The notes beneath the pieces are model-generated. The model had not been told where the DNA came from and made no database searches. It saw nothing but the letters and a program-made list of their open reading frames with translations. DNA of 63,386 nucleotides, filler included, from Collodictyon triciliatum (lineage: Eukaryota): NCBI GenBank assembly GCA_043381765.1. It is 29 parts of 29 records of this genome, joined end to end, with 100 filler letters (N's around TTAATTAATTAA, not from the genome) between each part and the next. Parts side by side here need not be neighbours in the genome. Positions count along the whole stretch, not along the records: positions 54,749 to 56,833 come from JBHJMP010009550.1; positions 56,934 to 59,018 come from JBHJMP010009551.1; positions 59,119 to 61,202 come from JBHJMP010009552.1; positions 61,303 to 63,386 come from JBHJMP010009553.1; 25 more parts are not named here. The stretch is one strand, 5' to 3'. Numbering within the stretch: the stretch's first letter is position 1; every line of letters begins with the position of its first letter. Positions 54,749-63,386 of the stretch are shown here, in pieces. The position numbers and the translations under genes were made by a program.

Positions 54749-55881
54749 TCCTTCTTGAAAGCAAACAAACTTTGGGAAGAGTCCATCCAATTGCGCTTAC
54801 CGGACAGCGAAGGCCTTTGCCTGATTGCCTTCCGCACTGCAGAAAACGCCCGAAAGCTTCTGGAGGTGAAGCAGGTAAGTTTGAGCGATATTATAACCAG
54901 CTTCAGCAGAAGTAAACCAACAGAGACCTCGGTGATGCTCTACCAACTACCACTGGACGTGTGACCGCAACTCCTTCGTGAGGAGCTGAAGTCATTCAGA
55001 CCGACCCACGTGGAGATCAAAAAGGACAAAGGCTTCTTCACAGACACGGCCGTGGTGAAGCTTCTTTGTCACAAGAACCGGCTCCCTGCAAAGTTTACGG
55101 TCATGGGTAAAAAGTGTCCGAAGCGCATCCTCAAAGAGCGTCCGCCAGCTGCGAATAACGAACGACAAGTAAAAGCCCCGCCAAGAATACACCTGCCAAG
55201 CAGACAAGCAGCAACGGGACCAAGGAAGCCAAGGCCAGGCAACAACAGAGTCCGCAAGACTCACAGCAGATACGCGTGTACAGCGACAGCGACGATGACA
55301 TGGAAGGAAATCTCGGTTCCTCTTCAGAATCCTCGGACTCGATCCCTTCCACTGCCAACACCGGACAAGCCCGTACATCGCAAGACCCAAGAGCAGCGCA
55401 TCTCCAAACCCCGAAAGAAAATCCCCTTAAACTACCCATTCCGACTTACGTCAATATGGTTAACATACGAGGCATCAAGGCAGTCTTCGTTACATATCCG
55501 AAAGGATACTCCAAAGCGAAGGCAACACAAGAACCAGCGCCCACCAAAGATAGTCCGTTTCCCCTGCCCCAGCCCGTCGCACCAAGAACCAAGGAGCTAG
55601 AGCAAACAGCACAAGTCGAATCCAAGCTTGGAACTCCACACACCAAAAACAGTCCGAGCAAGCAGGAGCGAATGTTTCTAAAACCACAAACGCATATCCA
55701 TGCTCCGGTTAAGCAAAGTCCACTGCCAGCTACGCATGGTTCCGAAACCAGGGGACGGTCAAGCACCACTTCCGATAATACCAGACAAACAACGATGTAT
55801 CGCTTTTTGTCAGGGTCGCCCAGCAAGAAACGCAAGGAAAGTGACCCGTTGTCCCCTCAAAAGACTCATCCAGTGGAATGA
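54749..55881 (+). mobile_element. Putative decayed L1/Tx1-like ORF1 (RRM-like region plus disordered tail)
   Basis: CLIAFRTAENARKLL...VMLYQLPLDV*PQLLREELKSFRPTHVEIKKDKGFFTDTAVVKL...LPAKFTVMG; one in-frame TGA and an apparent frameshift. Confidence 0.55.
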
Positions 55882-56798
55882 AATAGGATGTAAGCCTTGT
55901 CTGAGATAGATGGTTGAAAGGACTCGTCAGAATCGGCTTGAGAAGTAACTGCCACGTGCGTACCTTCGTCGACCCGACAACTTTATCCGCTCTTCTGTCA
56001 GTCTCGAATACAACCAGAAATCACGTTGGAGCTGATTCACCTCGGGTAAAATAGTTTGCGTGTGAGAACGCTTTCTCTCCTTTCTATTTTCTCTTTCTCT
56101 TTTTCTTTTTCCATCTAAAGCACAAAACCTCCAACCACACAATCCGGGGTTTTCCACTGTCTTGTCCACAGCTCATTTCTTGTCCTAGAGGCGAAGGCGG
56201 TTTCCTCGGCTTTGTATTATTCTCAATAAACTGTTGAAAAGAAACCAAAAAAACTAGGGGTTAGATGATTATTGGGACAAAATCATCACTTAATAAAATG
56301 ATGCAGAGTATGGACTACATATTTACCCAGGTACTCCATCACTAATATTATATATCAACGAAAGAAAATGCTTCCAATATCGATTGAAAATGGTCAAGTC
56401 ATATAACGTGCAATCAATTATGTCATCATATGTCTCTCAAAGCTCTTACTAAAGATATTTTTGTATATAATATATCAATCTCTTAAAAAAGACTAATTCA
56501 TCTATTGAATAATTTGAAACATAAGTATAACATTATATTTAGCCATCATGTGAGATGCGTCTATTTTTATTCCATTTTTGCAGTTGCCATCATCTAGAAT
56601 GTTCCCAATTCAAATACTGGGTTCAATATTTTGCATATGTGCCTATGATTTCTTTCTAAACCTGTTTTTGTCTAATGGATCAAACATAAAGATATACAAT
56701 CCCTTCATTACATCAATAATTCACAGGATACACGATTCTTTCACTGGTGATGTAGCCCAGCCTACACTCACATCTGAGCTTGTACCGTGATGTTATCA

Positions 56799-56833
<35 letters not shown>

Positions 56834-56933
56834 NNNNNNNNNNNNNNNNNNNNNNNNNNNNNNNNNNNNNNNNNNNNTTAATTAATTAANNNNNNNNNNN
56901 NNNNNNNNNNNNNNNNNNNNNNNNNNNNNNNNN

Positions 56934-57103
56934 AGGCGCACCACGCAGCCGGCCGGGTAGAGTCCCTTCTCCTGCAGCCCCGCTGCTCGCTCCACCCGTC
57001 GCGTCTGGTAGTGCTCGTAGACCACATTCTCGTCAAGTTGAGGCACCTCGCTCTTGTGCGTTTCGCTTGCGCTCACCGCACCTGAGCTCGGCTTGGTTGC
57101 CAT
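56934..57103 (-). CDS. N-terminus of a hypothetical protein within the viral element
   Basis: GC-rich MATKPSSGAVSASETHKSEVPQLDENVVYEHYQTRRV..., open to the contig edge. Confidence 0.4.
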
Positions 57104-57224
57104 ACGTGTGGATTTTGTGCAAAACCAAAGGGCTAAACAATACAGCTCCATGAGTGTGGGAAATCAGTGCCACCAAGTATAAATATGTGAAACCCTTAGT
57201 ACAACAAAAAGCTAAAAAAAAAAA

Positions 57225-57232
57225 AAAATTGA
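57225..57232 (+). promoter_or_regulatory. AAAATTGA octamer about 34 nt upstream of the Cys-rich viral-type ORF
   Basis: Seen directly, but it ends a poly-A run, so it may be chance. Confidence 0.3.
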
Positions 57233-57265
57233 TTTGGTTTTATAATGTGCCGGGGCGATTTCAAA

Positions 57266-57932
57266 ATGAACAAGTATACGCTGCACGAAAGATTTATCCT
57301 CAGTCTTGAAAAAAAAATATGATATGGTACCATCTGACTTGAATAGTTGGTGGTACATTTGCGGAGAAGAGAGAGACACTGACGGCGACGGTGATGCCGT
57401 GATAACAACAACGTATTTCGATCTTGTTAGTAAAACTAATCCCGGGTTGATAGCATCACTTGACGCTTTGCCCAGAAGTAAAGAATGTGTGTGTTCTCAT
57501 GAAATTAAATACAATCATTGGATTAACGATGGCACCGAAGTCCTGGTCATAGGCAGCTGCTGCAAGAAACAGTTTTTACCAGACGGATGTGCCAGCGGCC
57601 GCAACTGTGACATATGCCATAACTCGCATAGAAATCGAGAAGTCAATAGGTGCAATGAATGTAGAAAAGGCCTCTGCGATAATTGCAGTTCTTTATGCGA
57701 CCCCAAATATTAATTGTGTTTAATGTGTCGAGGTGAGCCTTACTGCAAATATTGCACATTGGTAACACCCTGGATTGACGGCCACTGTGAAAATTGTCAT
57801 ATGAGAAAAATGATTCCTAACTGTACGTGGTGTGGCTTCTACCCACCAGACCAAGACCCTGCGCATTTCCCTTACTGCAAGGAGTGCTACATCTACGCGC
57901 ACCGCTATCAAATATACGGCTCGAAATTATAA
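57266..57932 (+). pseudogene. Cys-rich zinc-finger protein of the type seen in large DNA viruses/PLVs; frameshift in the A9 run near 57310 and TAA at 57711
   Basis: CVCSHEIKYNHWI...VLVIGSCCKKQF...SGRNCDICHNSHRNREVNRCNECRKGLCDNC; the frame continues past the TAA (LCLMCRGEPYCKYC...). Confidence 0.6.
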
Positions 57933-58051
57933 AAATAAACAGCTCGCCCACTGCACTCAACTCGCCGCATAATTCCTAGGCTGAGGTCATTAGATGGTTA
58001 TTGGGCTTAGATTCAAAAAGTCAATATCAATCGTGTTACGGGGCGGGCGCC

Positions 58052-58219
58052 TCATTTTAAAATTTCAAGACACACTATGTAACAAATACTTTTCACTCCT
58101 AAATTCGACAGTGCCCCGCAACACGAACTGCGTTTGAGATGGTCGACTGTATATTTCCACACCCGCTCTATCACGAGTACACAAGTCATAAGTAATGAGA
58201 TTATTGTAATCGGTTCCAT
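58052..58219 (-). CDS. Small single-TM protein with an SSCCG motif (55 aa, below the ORF-track cutoff)
   Basis: MEPITIISLLMTCVLVIERVWKYTVDHLKRSSCCG..., starting 16 nt after the capsid-like stop. Confidence 0.5.
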   Translation of the reverse strand: MEPITIISLLMTCVLVIERVWKYTVDHLKRSSCCGALSNLGVKSICYIVCLEILK

Positions 58220-58235
58220 TACTTATATAAATATT

Positions 58236-58945
58236 TTATTCCACGCGGAAAGTCTGCTGGTTGGATTGAATTTCAAGGACGGCGTCGTACAGCGATGCAA
58301 CAATAATATTGTATGGCCCGTCAGTATCACCAATAGCTGCATTAAAATTTAATCGCAATGACATTAAGCCGCTGCTGCTAGACTGAATGTCAGTTCCAAC
58401 TATTTCACTCTCAACTGCATCAAGGACTTTGCGGAGATTAAATCCGATCATAAATTCACTGGCAGGTCCATGACAGGTTTGTTGATAAAAACTAGTTGCA
58501 TTACCAGTAAAAGTTACAGCCGAAGCATCACCTGTGGTTGCTATAACCGAATGATTGGCGTTTACGCTGATTCTCCCAATAACTGATGGCCTTGCGGCTC
58601 CTGAAGCATTTGCGGCCCTAGCAGCTGATAAAATTACAGAATTTAATGTCGCACCATGGTCATTGGTAAAAATAGTATTAGTAACAGCTTGAGCTCTGGT
58701 TTGGTCTGGCTGTGCAGGTACAAAAATCTGAACTCCTGTCTCCAAATTCTGCCTAGAATTTAAATAGTTTCCAACAAAGTTTCCAGTACAAACCCAAATG
58801 GCCCGGTGTGTTCACTTCTAACTTGAGTAAGACCAAGCGTCTTTTGCAGTTCCAAGAATGCTTGCGGCGCATTTTCTTCACAGTCCATAGGCTGCAAGGG
58901 GTAATAGAATGAGCCGAGTTGAGCCCGCGCCTGATTTTCAATCAA
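58236..58945 (-). pseudogene. Double-jelly-roll major capsid protein C-terminal half, PLV-like; frameshift near 58790
   Basis: QLGSFYYPLQPM...AFLELQKTLG; FMIGFNLRKV...IVGTDI...MSLRLNF...VASLYDAVLEI...RVE* matches the PLV MCP C-terminal motif pattern as I recall it. Confidence 0.68.
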
Positions 58946-59018
58946 GCTTCCCGCGCCTGATTTTCAATCAAGCTTCCCGCGCCTGATTTTCAATCAAGCT
59001 TCCCGCGCCTGATTTTCA
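58924..59018 (+). repeat. 26-bp tandem repeat (cccgcgcctgattttcaatcaagctt) x3.6 at contig end
   Basis: Units start at 58924, 58950, 58976 and 59002. Confidence 0.95.
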
Positions 59019-60247
59019 NNNNNNNNNNNNNNNNNNNNNNNNNNNNNNNNNNNNNNNNNNNNTTAATTAATTAANNNNNNNNNNNNNNNNNNNNNNNNNN
59101 NNNNNNNNNNNNNNNNNNTCTATGTTTCTATGTTTCTATGTTTCTATGTTTCTATGTTTCTATGTTTCTATGTTTCTATGTTTCTATGTTTCTATGTTTC
59201 TATGTTTCTATGTTTCTATGTTTCTATGTTTCTTTGCTTCTTTGTTTCTTTGTTTCTTTGTTTCTTTGGAGCGAATAGATCATATGCGCAGCTTTGTGTC
59301 CACCAGCTTTACGCACTGACACACCGCAATTCCCACAAACCTTTGCCTTCCCAACTCATTTTCTGCCGCAAAGATGCCACAATTTAGAAGAAGAAATAAT
59401 GATAAAGAATCCAGCAGCAGCATATCGACAAATGAGAGAAGGGAAATCCAATCAGGACAGCAGCGTGTCAATCAGAGAAGGGATTGTGCTGTTTGGGTTG
59501 CGCTTCAGCAGCGGATTGGTGCTTGCATGTAAAAATTCAAAGAAAACGGATAGATTTGGTTCGGGATGGAGAGCGAACAAGAGTACCGAAATGGACAAGG
59601 TAGCTGGGAATGGGATTCGGGAACATCCCAAACGTCTTGATAATATTTGCGGAATTTATACATATCTCATATTTTTAGTTTATGTGAGGCAAAGATTCAT
59701 ATAGGAAAATTACGAATAAGACAGGTTATTATGTATGATATGACTCGTCCCGAGTATCGCGCGAAAGTGAAAAACAATGCCACCAACCCATAAATCAACC
59801 GCTGAGCAAACATCAACCACTATTTAATCAGAGTTGCCTCAGTCTTTACAAGTTTTCTGAATGGGTCTTGGATAATTGCGCCCACATGTCTCGCCGCACA
59901 GGTGGTTCTGTTGCCAAAGTAATTATCATGTTTTTTTTTTTACGCGTCATGAGGCTGTGAATTTGTTTCGAACCTCAGTTTTTTTTTTTCTTTGAGCATC
60001 ATGTAGTTAAACGGATCACTAGCGAGGCTTGATGAAGAAAAAAGGGGAAGGAAAGTCGATCAGTGTGTGGTTCTTCATATGTAAGAATTGGTTTTTTTTA
60101 TTTTATTTTTTTTAAAAAAAAAAGGATTGAGATGAAGACGCATGTAGAAAGGCCGAAGAATAATGATTAGGATATATGTTGAACCATATTCCTTTTTCAT
60201 TCAAACGGGTAGAAGAGAAGAAGAAAAAATATACAGAGCACAATCAC

Positions 60248-61082
60248 GTGGAGCGCATCTTTTCATCACTGTCCTCGCCAAGAGAATATATATCGAAGAG
60301 AAAAAGAGCGTAATGAAGAGAAATGCAGAAAGGGTCAATGCAGGAGTTAAAAAAGTATCTGTAGGGAGAGATAATAACCCAATTACGAATAAATTTCCCA
60401 TTTGCAACACACAGCCAGCATAGAGGATATCTCTCATCGACACAAGCTGATCAACTCGGAGAAATTGCACCAAAGTAATGCCTACAAACAATCTTCAAGA
60501 GGAAAAAAGAAGAGAAGAAAATAAAGAAAGAGTAGGATACCAATCGAGTGAGTCTAGAGATTATGCTCAATCGGAGACACTACCTTTTGTATTAAGGAAA
60601 AAGGCAACTGAAAGAGAAAGTGGTGACGGAAAAAGAACCGAATATTTTGATTTGAACCTAGGAAAATCCAAACGATACAGGCATGTGTTGGGGCACAGAA
60701 AGCTTCTGGCTGTTGTGGTAGGGGCTCTCCTTGCGATGCCTGGTGTCGTGGAGGGTGTCATCATCCTCAGCAGGGTGAATATCTAAATCGTCATCGTCGT
60801 CATCACTATGTGTGTGACGATGGTCACGGTCATCCGCGTGCAGCCGAGGCGAAACCAATTTGCGAGCACCAGATGCACAACCCCTTCCACGTTCGTCATC
60901 GGAGCGCGGGTTATCGCCTTGGTCTGCAGTTTTCTTGGAGAAGGCAGCGTCCCACGAGGCCGGGTCGCCTTGTGCATCTAAACCGCCAACGGCCGGCGAT
61001 GCGTCCAGTGCGGCGTTTGTGGACAGGTACGAGCCGAACTGCGGAATGGAGGAAGGTGGGCAGGGTTCATCGGTGGGAATAC
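60248..61082 (-). CDS. Hypothetical membrane protein, partial (acidic/His loop followed by hydrophobic helices)
   Basis: Exon-like segments ...HTHSDDDDDDLDIHP... and FVGITLVQFL...GNLFVIGLLS...SAFLFITLFFSSIYILL. Confidence 0.4.
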
Positions 61083-61090
61083 AGTAAAGC

Positions 61091-61123
<33 letters not shown>

Positions 61124-61137
61124 AAAGAGAGAGAGAG

Positions 61138-61202
<65 letters not shown>

Positions 61203-61302
61203 NNNNNNNNNNNNNNNNNNNNNNNNNNNNNNNNNNNNNNNNNNNNTTAATTAATTAANNNNNNNNNNNNNNNNNNNNNNNNNNNNNNNNNNNNNNNNNN
61301 NN

Positions 61303-61420
61303 TGGTAAACCTGGTCTGCTAGTATCCAAGGCCTCACCACTTTTTTCACAAAGATTGTGTAATGGTGAAGACTTTCAGGAAATACCAACAACCTGTTTTT
61401 TAGAGGAGGTGTATGCATTA
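61303..61420 (-). ncRNA. Candidate Fanzor omegaRNA scaffold (truncated by contig end)
   Basis: Lies directly 3' of the Fanzor ORF. Minus-strand hairpin 61370-61332: CUUCACCAUU/AGUGGUGAGG with inner CACAA/UUGUG. Confidence 0.5.
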
Positions 61421-63289
61421 TTGAAGAATTGAAAGAACTTTCTTGAGTATATTTTTAGTGCTGTTAAAGTCCCTTGTCAAGAATACACTTTGTTTGCTTT
61501 CTGAGTGATTGCATTCTTAACACATGAGACATCTATACAACTTTTTTGTATTACCTTTCGGTGTCATATATTCCAGTTCTTTTTCGCAGATACAGCACAT
61601 CTTGGAGGTTCTAAATACATCTACACTAACTGTTTCATAACGTTTGGATGGGATTTTTCGTAATCCCCTTCCGATTGTTGGCATAAAATGGTTCGTCTGA
61701 GATTTTCTACTACAGTCTCCATACGCCAGTACACCATCCTTGTCTACTACCTTCTCAATTTGGTCCATAAACAATGGTTCACTTCTTTTTGTATTAACAT
61801 ACTGTCCCTATATCATCTTTAGAAAAGTCACTTGTTCATAAAATCTGGATAGTTATATCTGTTATCTTGATTTCGTAGATACATATTTTCGAAATTTTTC
61901 ATAATCGACCATTCATGAATTATGTTTACTCAGTTCTGTCTCTAAATCGATTAAAGATGCTCTTGATGTCTCAAACTGGTGATTCTCTTCAAAAGTCATG
62001 TGACCAAAAGAAACAGCACTTTGTAAACCTGTTGCCACGCATACCCCTGAAGCATTATATTTTTCTTTTCTCTCGCGCAAAAGTATTTTGTGATTTTTAA
62101 GAGGTTTGTTATCATGTCTTGTTTTGTGTGCTGAATAACATAATTTCTTACCTGTCTCATCCACCATGTAAACCAAAATTAAAGTTGCGTGCATCCATTT
62201 AACTTTTTTTTTTTTTGTCGCTAATAAAGATAACTGCTCATCGGAAAGCTCATATATATAAACATATTCTTGGTTCTTTTGGTTTATTTGAATTTTGAAT
62301 TTGAAAAACCTTTCTTTTCAAACAATAATGACTCCGCCAAGCCGTCTGCTTGTATCGTGTATTTAAAATTGTAGTCCCTTTGACCAAAATCCTCTTCTTC
62401 ATTTCGTAGAACTTTTCCCATAGGTCTCTTTGCATCCTGATATACTCTTCATTAATGATGTTTTTCTAGTTGATACTAATAGACCTATCAAACATGCAGT
62501 ATCTAGAGTTATATGACATCGTATATTGTTAGTTCTTATAGAGATTGGTTGAAACTTTTTTGTTCCGATGTCTTCAAAAATGCGATTCATGTAAATCAGA
62601 CATGGAATGCACTTGTTTGGGTTGACTTTGGCATCATATTCGATACTATTTACAATGTCGCTGGGAATGATACGATTCAAATGTATTTTAGCCTTTTCTT
62701 TATTGTTCCGGTATGTCGAGTTTCTTGAAGATGACTTTTTTTTAACTTTCGTAACTCTGCCTTTTTAATAGCTTCCGTCATATTCTCATCTTTAGGAACT
62801 GTTTAATTTATAAAGTGCAGTGAACTCTTTACAAAATGCTCCTTGATGTTATTATGATGAGCTGTGAACATTTGCTTCGCCAAGTACGGTAATGCATGAG
62901 ACAGTCCAACCAACGGGGAGCGTTCTTGGGACAAAAGGAATAGAAAATCATTCAGATAAACAGTCATCACGTCATTACTCAAATCTGGTTTTTTAAACTT
63001 GCGGGTATATCTTGTGAAACTATTCCGACTGTCTTTAAAGCGTACAAAAAAAAACAAAAACAAAAACAAAAAACATTTGATTGATTGTTGGGAGTTGTGA
63101 TTTCAATATGTAACATGTTGCAAACAAATAAGTGTCGGTAACCAAATTATGATACAATAAAACCGAATCGTTGGTTTTGTAATAATCATCCGCATTCTTT
63201 ACAATCGACTTTAGAGATGTTTTCACATTTCGATATTCTGGTTTTACAGACTTTAGATTCTCAGGCTCAAGACGTTTTCTTTTCTTCAT
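61418..63289 (-). pseudogene. Fanzor1-type (eukaryotic TnpB/OMEGA) RNA-guided endonuclease, near full length, with multiple stops and frameshifts
   Basis: Collinear blocks: VKTSLKSI; HHNNIKEHF; FQPISIRTNNIRCHITLDT; LVYMVD; AYGDCS...PTIGRGLR...SVDVFRTSKMCCIC (RuvC-II region + Zn finger); YRCLMC*EC; LTRDFNSTKNI (RuvC-III). About 620 codons. Confidence 0.88.
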
Positions 63290-63343
63290 GTGGAAGTCTT
63301 TGTTTTTTGTTTTTGTTTTTTTTTATAGAAAACTACTGAGTCT

Positions 63344-63351
63344 TCAATTTT
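63344..63351 (-). promoter_or_regulatory. AAAATTGA octamer (Mimiviridae early-promoter consensus) about 55 nt upstream of the Fanzor ATG
   Basis: Plus strand tcaatttt at 63344-63351. The context is AT-rich, so a chance match is possible. Confidence 0.4.
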
Positions 63352-63386
63352 AATAAAACTTTAGTCAATCAGTCAATTTAAATAAA

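Larger units (their letters stand above)
56934..59018. mobile_element. Endogenous viral element, Polinton-like-virus/virophage-like fragment
   Basis: Four compact intronless ORFs including a major-capsid-like C-terminus and a Cys-rich virus-type protein; disabling mutations present. Confidence 0.7.

Noticed and set aside
57711-61915. Stop-codon reassignment, suggested by read-through TAA/TAG/TGA in the Fanzor and viral ORFs
   Set aside because: Host genes end normally at TAA (PAK, RAD23, NDUFB7, NHL) and TAG (GT, cyclase). Internal stops occur only in elements that also carry frameshifts, so this is decay.

Overview
This is not a contiguous locus. It is 29 short contigs (~2.08-2.11 kb each) joined by 28 artificial 100-nt spacers (N44-TTAATTAATTAA-N44), so adjacency across spacers means nothing. 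The DNA comes from an intron-rich, microsatellite-rich eukaryote (protist-like, standard genetic code). Host genes rebuilt by hand from GT-AG exons: a GNAT-like protein, a GT-A/GT2-like glycosyltransferase, a PAK/STE20 kinase C-terminus, SPO11 (Spo11-2-like), RAD23, NDUFB7, two TBC Rab-GAPs, an NPHP3/TTC41-like TPR protein with one repeat per exon, a class III nucleotidyl cyclase, an NHL-repeat protein, copine, a 279-bp-repeat Cys-rich surface protein, an F-box/WD40 protein and ALG3. Mobile or viral content: (1) a near-full-length but decayed Fanzor1-type (eukaryotic TnpB) RNA-guided nuclease gene with a candidate omegaRNA hairpin and a giant-virus-type AAAATTGA motif (61303-63386); (2) an endogenous Polinton-like-virus-type fragment with a major-capsid-like C-terminus and three compact neighbouring ORFs (56934-59018); (3) several L1/Tx1-like non-LTR retrotransposon fragments. 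All family calls come from motif recognition by eye; no database searches were run.
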